DNA of 64,000 bases from Promethearchaeota archaeon (GTDB lineage Archaea; Asgardarchaeota; Lokiarchaeia; Sigyniarchaeales; SOKP01): the NCBI GenBank assembly GCA_030599585.1, contig JAUVNS010000007.1:160001-224000 (forward strand), written 5' to 3'. Shown in pieces: positions 1 to 8,531 of the stretch. The position numbers and the translations under genes are program-made. Under the pieces are notes generated by a model, which saw nothing but the letters and a program-made list of their open reading frames with translations, had not been told where the DNA came from and searched no databases. The first letter of the stretch is position 1; each line of letters opens with the position of its first letter.

Positions 1-19
1 CTTCTTCTTCATCATTTTT

Positions 20-805
20 TTATCCTTTTCTATTTATTATTTTTATAATTCCTACTACACTTAAAACAACAATCCCTACAATTATAGGTGGGGCAAATAT
101 AGGTTGAATTCCCTGTAATTCCTTAACGATGCAAAAATCTCCCCCGTATTTGATTAAATAAGATTCTAGTACTCCCGTCATAGTATATTTAATCGTTAAT
201 GTAAAAATTTCTAAGGTAGGATAATCCAACGTAAGGGTTATCCCTTTCCCATTTACCACCGCATTAATATTTATTTCTGAATATGGATATGGATATGGAT
301 ATTCAAAAAAGTAGTTCTGCTCTAAATAATAAATAAAAGAATCCCAATCCAAATCAGCAGGAATAAAGTATGGACCATAATAAATAGAGTTAAGATAGAG
401 GTTTGGTTCTAAATCTTGATTATAATCCTCTCTATAAGTATAAATCGAAATACTCTCTATAGACTCGCTCTTAGTCCATTCTCCTCCGCTATATTCTGTA
501 GTTTGAAAAAAGTTAACTTCAAATTCCACCTCTGAATAACTCGAATCATAAAGATCTGGAATTTTTTCAATATCGTTAACGATAATCTTAACACCCTCAA
601 TGTCAATATCATCCATAAAAATCTGATTTGTATCAGCTACTAATTTTTGATAATTTAACATGTCCACGCCTATTCTCCATGTAAATTCATCTCCTTCTTG
701 AATCTTGATATAATCATTATAATCTCTTGAAGCTATACTAAAATTTATAATTGAAATAAAAAAGAGGAGTAAAACAAAGCAAGTAAGGTTATTTTTATGT
801 TTCAT
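20..805 (-). CDS. Secreted/surface protein with N-terminal signal peptide and C-terminal membrane anchor (hypothetical)
   Basis: Basic + hydrophobic N-terminus (MKHKNNLTCFVLLLFFISII), acidic Tyr-rich body, C-terminal TM followed by basic tail (IIVGIVVLSVVGIIKIINRKG). Overlaps the upstream gene by 11 nt. Confidence 0.7.
   Translation of the reverse strand: MKHKNNLTCFVLLLFFISIINFSIASRDYNDYIKIQEGDEFTWRIGVDMLNYQKLVADTNQIFMDDIDIEGVKIIVNDIEKIPDLYDSSYSEVEFEVNFFQTTEYSGGEWTKSESIESISIYTYREDYNQDLEPNLYLNSIYYGPYFIPADLDWDSFIYYLEQNYFFEYPYPYPYSEININAVVNGKGITLTLDYPTLEIFTLTIKYTMTGVLESYLIKYGGDFCIVKELQGIQPIFAPPIIVGIVVLSVVGIIKIINRKG
281..302. repeat. Short hexamer tandem repeat (ATATGG)x3+ encoding YPYPYPY
   Basis: atatggatatggatatggatat seen directly; in-frame within ORF 20..805. 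Confidence 0.7.
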
Positions 806-1718
806 TATAAAATCCTCGTTTTTTAATTTTTATTTTATAAATAATGTAGCCTATGACAAGACCCGCAAGATCAGAAAGGTTGAAAACTATATATGGCATA
901 TAAAGGAAAGTATAAATTGCCCATAAACCAAACTTGAATAAAATAATAAACCCTAATAATATTTTCCCATTAATTCTAATAGGATAGATAATTCTCCAAT
1001 TTTTAGAGGGATATACAAAAACAGTATAAGAAATAATTCCTATTATCCCACTTGAGGCAAATCCCGTACAAAAAATTACCATACCATTAATAGGATATTG
1101 TTGAATTATTGAAACTCTTAGTAAAATATATAAAAATGCGGAAAGAAGAACACTTAAGAGGAAAATACTTATAAATAATTTCTTTCCAAATACATTCTCA
1201 GCTTTTCTTATAATATCATAATATACAAAGAGGATGATGATGGTAAATGCTAAACCAATATAATCACGGATAAAGAAAAAATCAAAAAGGATTATAGAAG
1301 AAGAGGAAATAAATGGAGAAGTTAAAATTGTAATTAATGAAAAAGGCAAATTAGAAATGCTAAAAGACAATTCCTGCGGAAAAAATATGAATGCAAAAGA
1401 AAGTACTGTTATTAATATGATTAATGAGTTTGTTAATAAGGCTTTCTCGGACTTACTTGGTATTTCTCTTTGGAATTTTTTTTGATTATTATATCTTTTT
1501 TGGTAGCTTCTTCTTTCACGCAATTGATAATTGGATCGACTAGATGAAGGATATTTTATAGAAGGTCTAACTTTTGGAACTACTGGTGTTTGGATTATTA
1601 TAAAAGTACACTCGTGGTTCTCTGGTAAGCGGTGTTCCAAACAATGTTTTCCACCGCAATACTTGCATTTAAATGGGAATTTATCTATTTTAACTCCACA
1701 AAACTCACAATAAGTCAA
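795..1718 (-). CDS. AN1-type zinc finger fused to rhomboid-superfamily membrane domain (probably inactive, Derlin-like)
   Basis: CEFC..FKCKYCGGKHCLEHRLPENHEC is an AN1 zinc finger, followed by about 6 TM helices. TM4 reads GFASSG and TM6 reads SDLAGLVIG, with Asp where rhomboids have the catalytic His. Confidence 0.75.
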   Translation of the reverse strand: MTYCEFCGVKIDKFPFKCKYCGGKHCLEHRLPENHECTFIIIQTPVVPKVRPSIKYPSSSRSNYQLRERRSYQKRYNNQKKFQREIPSKSEKALLTNSLIILITVLSFAFIFFPQELSFSISNLPFSLITILTSPFISSSSIILFDFFFIRDYIGLAFTIIILFVYYDIIRKAENVFGKKLFISIFLLSVLLSAFLYILLRVSIIQQYPINGMVIFCTGFASSGIIGIISYTVFVYPSKNWRIIYPIRINGKILLGFIILFKFGLWAIYTFLYMPYIVFNLSDLAGLVIGYIIYKIKIKKRGFYNET

Positions 1719-1939
1719 ACTTTTTCACTATGTAAATTTTTGACTTTTATCTTTTTAAGTATATTATCTATTTATATTCAATTCATTTATAAATCTTTTT
1801 CTTGAATTTAATTTTCTATCTCTAAGCTTATTTACCCCTTCTAATCCCATAATAAATAAGCAGAACGTCTAACATTTTAAAGAATCGAAACTTTCTAATA
1901 AATAATCATAAAAATATTTGAAAGAAATAGTGTAATAGT

Positions 1940-3199
1940 TTGCCCGACTCAAAATTTTATATAGATTTGGATAGTGAATATTGTGCTCATAATTATCATC
2001 CTATACCTGTTGTGATTTCTAAAGCAGAAGGCGTGTGGGTTTACGATCCAGAAGGAAATAAATATTTAGATTGCTTATCTGCCTATTCCTCTCAAAATGC
2101 GGGTCATTGTCATCCAGAAATTGTAAAAGCGTTAAAAGAACAAGCCGATAAAGTTACTTTAACGTCTCGTGCTTTTTATAACGATGTGATGGGTCCTTTT
2201 TTAAAAAAACTATGTGAAATAGTAGGACCGCATATCAACGATCCAAAAAATTCAGGAATAATGGCTCTGCCAATGAACACTGGAACCGAAGCAGTGTCAA
2301 CTGGTCTGAAAGTTGCTAGAGCTTGGGGTTATATTAAGAAGAAAATTCCTAAAAACGAAGCAAAAATAATTATCTGTAGAGATAATTTTCACGGGAGATC
2401 AATCACTATTGTGGGTTTTAGTACGGATATTGAGGCTGTAAGATACTACGGTAATTTTGGTCCTTACACTCCCGGTTTTGTTACGATCCCTTATGGGGAT
2501 GCTGATGAATTAGAAAATACTATTTTAGAAATCGGTGCTGAAAATGTAGCGGCGTTTCTATTCGAACCTATTCAAGGAGAAGCAGGGGTTAATGTACCTC
2601 CAGAAGGTTTCCTTAGAAAAGTTAGAGAAATATGCACAAAATACAATGTTCTAATGATCGCTGACGAGATTCAAACGGGTTTCGGAAGAACAGGAGAATT
2701 ATTTGCTTGTGATCACGAAAGTGTAAAACCTGACGCGATTCTACTTGGTAAAGCGTTAGGTGGAGGCGTTTACCCTGTTTCTGCCGTAGTTACTACAAGA
2801 GACATTATTGGTCCTGACGTAATTAAACCAGGAACTCACGGAAGCACATTTGGTGGAAATCCTTTAGCTTCGGCTGTCGCTCTGAAATCCTTAGAAATTC
2901 ATATTGACGATCATTTAGCGCAGCGGTCAAAAGAATTTGGAGCCTATTTCTTGGATGGTCTTAGTAAAATAGCAGAAAAGAAAACTATCGTACCTATTAA
3001 AGAAGTTAGAGGGAAAGGATTGTTGATGGCGATTGAGTTTGAATCCGACGCAAGACACATAGTAGAATTATTTAAAGATAATGGAGTTTTAGCAAAACAT
3101 ACTCATTCTACAACTATTCGTTTTGCACCTCCGCTAATAATTACTAAGGATCAAATCGATTGGGCTCTTAAAATTATCGAAGATGTTCTAATAGTTTAA
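1940..3199 (+). CDS. rocD: Ornithine--oxo-acid aminotransferase (class III PLP)
   Basis: AHNYHPIPVV, YLDCLSAYS, FEPIQGEAG, ADEIQTGFGRTG, LGKALGGG (PLP Lys), HGSTFGGNPL. Confidence 0.92.
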   Translation: MPDSKFYIDLDSEYCAHNYHPIPVVISKAEGVWVYDPEGNKYLDCLSAYSSQNAGHCHPEIVKALKEQADKVTLTSRAFYNDVMGPFLKKLCEIVGPHINDPKNSGIMALPMNTGTEAVSTGLKVARAWGYIKKKIPKNEAKIIICRDNFHGRSITIVGFSTDIEAVRYYGNFGPYTPGFVTIPYGDADELENTILEIGAENVAAFLFEPIQGEAGVNVPPEGFLRKVREICTKYNVLMIADEIQTGFGRTGELFACDHESVKPDAILLGKALGGGVYPVSAVVTTRDIIGPDVIKPGTHGSTFGGNPLASAVALKSLEIHIDDHLAQRSKEFGAYFLDGLSKIAEKKTIVPIKEVRGKGLLMAIEFESDARHIVELFKDNGVLAKHTHSTTIRFAPPLIITKDQIDWALKIIEDVLIV

Positions 3200-3222
3200 A
3201 AGTTCTGCCGTTTAATTATGCT

Positions 3223-4146
3223 TTACATCTTTTTATTATCTTCTATAAAAAAATGAGTACCTGCTTTACCTTCGAGTGCTTTAGTTATTTTTTCTATTGA
3301 TGTAATAATAGCTTGTTCACCACCAGATTCAAGGAAATTTATTACGGCTTGTATCTTAGGACCCATACTTCCCGGAGGAAAATGTCCTTGCTTTAGATAA
3401 TCTTTAGCATCTGCAGTTGAAACCTTATCGAGGTATTTATAATCGACTCTACCGTAGTTCAAGGCTACTTTTTCGACATCTGTAGCAATTATTAAGATAT
3501 CTGCGCCTATCTGTTCTCCTAATTTTGCACTAGCTAAATCTTTGTCTATAACAGCTTCAACGCCTTGAAAGCGAGGACCTTCAGCAATAACGGGAACGCC
3601 ACCGCCACCACATGAAATAACGATAAAATTCTCCTGCATTAACTTTTTAATTTCTCGAGATTGAACTATCCTTATTGGTTTTGGTGAAGGAACTACGCGT
3701 CTCCATCCTTTTGACGTTTTCACGTATCCAGGGCGCTTTCTTTTGTATGCCGGCCCAATTGGTTTTGTAGGGTGAGTAAACGCTTTATCATTAGGGTCAA
3801 CTTCAACATAAGTTAAAACAGTTAAGAAATATTTTTCCAGATCAGTACCAAGTCGCGTGAGTTCTTCATCTAGGGTAGATTCAATTAAAAAACCTATTTG
3901 TCCTTGAGTTTCAGCGACTAATATCTGCAAAGGCATTCTTGTGATTTCATCAGACGCTTCTTGTTGAAGAAGTAGCGCACCTACTTGAGGGCCATTACCA
4001 TGTACAATAATAATATTATAATTTTCTGATAATTTAGCAATTTGCTTTATAGGTGCTTGCAAGTTATTAATCATCTGCTCGGGCGTTCCTCTTTCTCCCG
4101 GTTTTATGAGAGCATTTCCTCCAAGCGCAACAATTAGCGTTTTCAT
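3223..4146 (-). CDS. arcC: Carbamate kinase
   Basis: VALGGNAL, HGNGPQVG, PTKPIGP, WRRVVPSP, EAVIDKD, GSMGPK. Confidence 0.95.
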   Translation of the reverse strand: MKTLIVALGGNALIKPGERGTPEQMINNLQAPIKQIAKLSENYNIIIVHGNGPQVGALLLQQEASDEITRMPLQILVAETQGQIGFLIESTLDEELTRLGTDLEKYFLTVLTYVEVDPNDKAFTHPTKPIGPAYKRKRPGYVKTSKGWRRVVPSPKPIRIVQSREIKKLMQENFIVISCGGGGVPVIAEGPRFQGVEAVIDKDLASAKLGEQIGADILIIATDVEKVALNYGRVDYKYLDKVSTADAKDYLKQGHFPPGSMGPKIQAVINFLESGGEQAIITSIEKITKALEGKAGTHFFIEDNKKM

Positions 4147-4269
4147 TCAAGAGAACCTTTACGACAAACGATATAAAAGCAAATGAAAAATAATAATATT
4201 TTACTTTTTATTTAAAGCTTTTCTCTTCAATATGGTACAATATTATTCATCAAATGAAAAGAAAAAATT

Positions 4270-5202
4270 TTAAAATTTATCTCGTAAGAAGAGCATAATT
4301 GCTTTTTGGCTATGCAATCTGTTTTCTGCCTGATCGAATACATACGATTGAGGACCATCTATAACTTCAGCAGTTTGTTCATAACCTCTTTTAGCTGGCA
4401 AACAGTTCATAAAAATTGCGTCTGGTTTAGCAGCTTCCATTATCTGTGAGTTGACTTGGAATGGTGCGAAAATTTTCCGTCGTTCTTCTTCTTTATCAAC
4501 TGGGATACCATATGACATCCAGGAGTCGGTATAGATTACATCAGAATCTCTCGCAGCATTATAGGCATCATGAATAATATTTACATATGCCCCAGTTTCT
4601 TTTGATATTTGAGAGACTTCATCAAGAACTTCTTGTTCAGGCGTATATTCTGATCCTACGGGACAGGCAACATCTAATTCTAAACCAAAAATTGCAGCAA
4701 TCCGCATTAAATCGTATGTTACGTTATTATACGCATCTCCGAAATAACTTATTTTAAGATTTTCCAAACTTCCTAATTTCTCTTTTATAGTTAAGAAATC
4801 TCCCATCATTTGGCACGGATGCGCGAAATCATCCAGCATGTTGATAACCGGCACTTCAGCGTGTTGAGCTAAATCTAACATGTCGTGTCTTTTAAACAAT
4901 CTTGCTGCTATTATATTTACGAACCTTGAGGCCGTTTTTGCTGTATCGTGGATATTTTCTTTTTTACCGAGTGGAGAATCCTTAATTGAATAAAAAATAG
5001 CATGACCTCCTAATTGCTGCATCCCTACTTCAAAAGATATTCTTGTCCTTAAGGAGGGTTTCTCAAATATCATTAAAAGTGTTTCTCCTTTAAGTGCGGA
5101 GTCAAAAAGATGAGGATTTAGTTTAATCTCTGAAGCTTTATTAATTATTTTCTCGATTTCCGCCTTCGAAAGGTCAGAAATTTTTAATAAATGTCGAACC
5201 AT
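4270..5202 (-). CDS. arcB: Ornithine carbamoyltransferase (catabolic, NCLP variant)
   Basis: KPSLRTR carbamoyl-phosphate motif, HPCQ, DSWMSY, FMNCLPA, AENRLH; next to arcC. Confidence 0.9.
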   Translation of the reverse strand: MVRHLLKISDLSKAEIEKIINKASEIKLNPHLFDSALKGETLLMIFEKPSLRTRISFEVGMQQLGGHAIFYSIKDSPLGKKENIHDTAKTASRFVNIIAARLFKRHDMLDLAQHAEVPVINMLDDFAHPCQMMGDFLTIKEKLGSLENLKISYFGDAYNNVTYDLMRIAAIFGLELDVACPVGSEYTPEQEVLDEVSQISKETGAYVNIIHDAYNAARDSDVIYTDSWMSYGIPVDKEEERRKIFAPFQVNSQIMEAAKPDAIFMNCLPAKRGYEQTAEVIDGPQSYVFDQAENRLHSQKAIMLFLRDKF

Positions 5203-5242
5203 TTTAACATCAATGAATCTATCAGATAATACTTTATATTTT

Positions 5243-6409
5243 TTACTTTAAATCTTCTATTTTATGATTATCGCGACCGTGAGCAAGTTCTTTTAACATC
5301 TCTTGATCTTTTAAACTTAATTTTTCTGTAATTACACGGCTTAGGAGTTCACCGAGTCCAGGTCCAAGCATGAAACCTTGGCCGCACATACCCACTGCGT
5401 TAATGTATCCTTCAATATTGTCGATTTTTCCAATTATAGGATTTCCGTCTGGAGTCATGGGATACAATCCTCTCCATGTTCTTCTAATTTTAATGTTTTT
5501 TAATCGCGGCAGTAAATTAACCATTCTTTTTGTAATTTGTGGCAAGAACGAGCTAGTTTCGCGACGATCTATACCGGGAATGTTAGGTTCTGGTGTAAGA
5601 CAAAAAATAATTTTACCTTCTTTATTTTGATAGAAATAATAATTTTTTGAGTTTCCAAACTTCTCATCTGTAGCAGGTTTGATGTCAATAACCATCGTAG
5701 AAAAGAATTTTTTAACGGGCTCCGTAATTCCGGCTTCATGGCTTTCTGGAAAAACAGGTAAATCAATATTTATCATATTACCAATGTCTTTAGCGTGAGC
5801 TCCTGTTGCGTTAATTATTGTCTGAGCTTTATATTCCGCTTTATTGGTTTTTACGCCAGTGATTTTTTTATCTTTTGTAGTGATGTCAATTACTTCTTCG
5901 CTAAAGTTATACTCTGCTCCAAATTCCCTTGATTTACGATAAAAAGCATGAAGTGCTAACAAAGGAGAGGAATTTCCATCTTCAGGACTATACGTACCGC
6001 CCAATAAATTGTCGTTATTTATTCCAGGAACTAATTCTTTGATTTTATCAGCATTTACATAATCTATATTTAACCCATATTCTTTTTGTTGTCGAACCGT
6101 ATTTTTTAATATTTGTTCGTGTTCGTTAGTAAACGCGAGAAAACAATAACCACCTTGTTCCCACCATATATCGTCTTCATACAATTCTTTCCAAGAAGCA
6201 AAAATTTCTATTGATCTTTGACATAACCAAATCTTGCTTTTAAGCGAATGAGTTGCCCTAATCCCTCCAATAGCGTGCTTATTATCTCCCTGAGCCACAG
6301 AAGGCAAACTATCAAGAACTAGCGTTTTAAGCCCAGTTTTTGCCGTAGCTAAAGCAGTTGGGACGCCTACACTACCAGCCCCTATGATGATAACATCGAA
6401 TTCCGTCAA
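5243..6409 (-). CDS. FAD-dependent oxidoreductase, sarcosine oxidase beta / dye-linked L-proline dehydrogenase beta family
   Basis: IIGAGSVG dinucleotide motif, WRGLYPMTPDGNPIIG, GMCGQGFMLGP (DAO family). Confidence 0.8.
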   Translation of the reverse strand: MTEFDVIIIGAGSVGVPTALATAKTGLKTLVLDSLPSVAQGDNKHAIGGIRATHSLKSKIWLCQRSIEIFASWKELYEDDIWWEQGGYCFLAFTNEHEQILKNTVRQQKEYGLNIDYVNADKIKELVPGINNDNLLGGTYSPEDGNSSPLLALHAFYRKSREFGAEYNFSEEVIDITTKDKKITGVKTNKAEYKAQTIINATGAHAKDIGNMINIDLPVFPESHEAGITEPVKKFFSTMVIDIKPATDEKFGNSKNYYFYQNKEGKIIFCLTPEPNIPGIDRRETSSFLPQITKRMVNLLPRLKNIKIRRTWRGLYPMTPDGNPIIGKIDNIEGYINAVGMCGQGFMLGPGLGELLSRVITEKLSLKDQEMLKELAHGRDNHKIEDLK

Positions 6410-6411
6410 GA

Positions 6412-8496
6412 CTATTTACCTCCTTTCTTTGTTTTTATTCCCGCGAAAGCGCCCATAGGAACTTCTACAAATAACGGTCGTTTTGTTCCTGGAATAATCT
6501 TTTCTTGTTTTATTCCTTCTTCTCGGAAAATTCTATTAATTAGCGAGGTACAAGTTTTTCCACCACATGCCCCCATCCCAGCCTTAGTTAATGCTTTTAA
6601 TTCGTTAAAATCACGCACTCCATAGCGAATCCATTTTCGTATCTCTCCTACCGAAACTCTTTCGCATCTACACACGATAATATCATCATCGGTGTATGGT
6701 TGCTGATAGAAGTCCATTTCCTCAGTATAACCTGATTTTATAAGTTTAATACCAACAGCAATCTTAGCAATTTCTGAAGGCAACCTAACTGAAACTAGTT
6801 GGGTTTTAGGAAATTCTTTTAGAAATCGTGCTCGAGTAACTTCATACTCCCCTAATTCCCCATCGTTACTAACAACCATGACAGTTCGACCAACTTCAAT
6901 TTTTTCTGAAGTTAATTCTAAAGGAAAAGTAACTACTGGAGAATCTTTGTCTTTTCTATAATCCACTAAAGTGATAGCTAATCCCGGACAGACCGATACA
7001 CATTTTCCACAGCCAATACAATCTTGGTCGTCGGTAAAATACGGCAATTGAGTAATTAAATCGTCAATCGTTTTGATTTGTTCTTGAGGACACACGCTCG
7101 TACAAGGATTGCACGGTATTTCTTGATTACAATGAAATAATGGAAAGATACCTTCTTTCTTATCTATTACTTCCGTCTGAACAGGATCTGGAGGTTTTGC
7201 TTTCATTAAATTAGCGAAATCTTCTAACTCTTCAAGATTCTCCGAAATAGATATTCCCATTTCTTTTAAGATTTTTAACGCTTCAATTTTCCCGGTAAAG
7301 ATTGCTGCAGAAGCTTCAGCTATTTCTTGAGCGTCACCCGCAATCCATACTTTCATATCATACTGCTGCGCTTTATGGTAAAACTCATCGACAGGATCTA
7401 ATCCGACTGCGATTAAAAGAGTATCACACGCAAATGTTTTTTCGGAGCCGGGTTCAATTTCCCAGCTATCCGTTAGCTTTCCAATAGTAATGGATTCGAG
7501 TTCATCTTGACCGTTTGCAGATATAACCGTATGATTCGTATAGATTGGAACACCTAACCGTTTTAATTTGTCTTCGTGAACTCTGTATCCACCACATTGG
7601 GACATAGCTTCAACTAAACCCACAACATTTATCCCAGCTTGTATCGCGTGGTATCCTGCTATTAACCCGACATTACCTCCACCAACAATAAACACATTTT
7701 CCGCTGCTTTTATCAAATCTCGATTGACTAAAGTTTGAAAAGCACCAGCGCCATACACTCCAGGAAGCGTGTTGCCGGGAAAGACGAGCATCTTTTCTCT
7801 TGCTCCAGTTGCGATTAATAAATACTTAGGATTAATTAAAACATATTCGTCCATGTCCTTAATAAGCCCAACTAAGCCATCACTAAAAATCGCTATAACT
7901 ATACTGTTGACCCAAATCTTTACTGATTTAAGATTGGATACTATTTCTCCGAGTATATTTCCTATATCTATACCGCGTGTACCCGCATAAACATCTTCTT
8001 GAGAACCAAAAAATTTATGAGTTTGAAGGACTAATTTACCGCCTAATCTTGATTTATCGTCCACTAAAATAACATCAATATTATTTTCTCCTAAAATTTT
8101 TGTAGCAGAAAGTCCTGCGGGACCTCCTCCTATTACGAGAATGTCGGTATTTATTATTTGTATATCTCTAACTTCAACATGATCATCTTCCGAAGGTAAT
8201 TCTGGTAAATCATTACAACTTTCAATCGTCATACCTTCAGATAATGGAGTCATACATGCTTTAACTGGAACTCCATCGGCGATTACATTACACTGGGAAC
8301 ACTGGCCATTCGCGCAAAAAAGTCCCTGCGGACTGCGATCTTTTACATGATGACCAAAAATTTTAATTTTATTTAAAAATAGAGCGGAAGATATAACCAT
8401 CCCCTCGAATCCGTATAGAAGGTTCCCGTCAAATCTGAATTTTATTTTCTTCTTATCGGGAATTTCCAGAATGGGGTGCTTAGTTATGTTTTCCAT
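6412..8496 (-). CDS. Multidomain Fe-S flavoprotein (2Fe-2S + pyridine-nucleotide oxidoreductase + 2x4Fe-4S + BFD-like 2Fe-2S); sarcosine oxidase/proline dehydrogenase alpha-like
   Basis: FCANGQCSQC..C, GGGPAG, GGGNVG, CNPCTSVCP, CIGCGKCVSVCP, C-terminal CRCE..GMGACGGKTC. Confidence 0.82.
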   Translation of the reverse strand: MENITKHPILEIPDKKKIKFRFDGNLLYGFEGMVISSALFLNKIKIFGHHVKDRSPQGLFCANGQCSQCNVIADGVPVKACMTPLSEGMTIESCNDLPELPSEDDHVEVRDIQIINTDILVIGGGPAGLSATKILGENNIDVILVDDKSRLGGKLVLQTHKFFGSQEDVYAGTRGIDIGNILGEIVSNLKSVKIWVNSIVIAIFSDGLVGLIKDMDEYVLINPKYLLIATGAREKMLVFPGNTLPGVYGAGAFQTLVNRDLIKAAENVFIVGGGNVGLIAGYHAIQAGINVVGLVEAMSQCGGYRVHEDKLKRLGVPIYTNHTVISANGQDELESITIGKLTDSWEIEPGSEKTFACDTLLIAVGLDPVDEFYHKAQQYDMKVWIAGDAQEIAEASAAIFTGKIEALKILKEMGISISENLEELEDFANLMKAKPPDPVQTEVIDKKEGIFPLFHCNQEIPCNPCTSVCPQEQIKTIDDLITQLPYFTDDQDCIGCGKCVSVCPGLAITLVDYRKDKDSPVVTFPLELTSEKIEVGRTVMVVSNDGELGEYEVTRARFLKEFPKTQLVSVRLPSEIAKIAVGIKLIKSGYTEEMDFYQQPYTDDDIIVCRCERVSVGEIRKWIRYGVRDFNELKALTKAGMGACGGKTCTSLINRIFREEGIKQEKIIPGTKRPLFVEVPMGAFAGIKTKKGGK

Positions 8497-8531
8497 CTAG
8501 AATCAAGTTGAATAATTAATTATTATTGATA

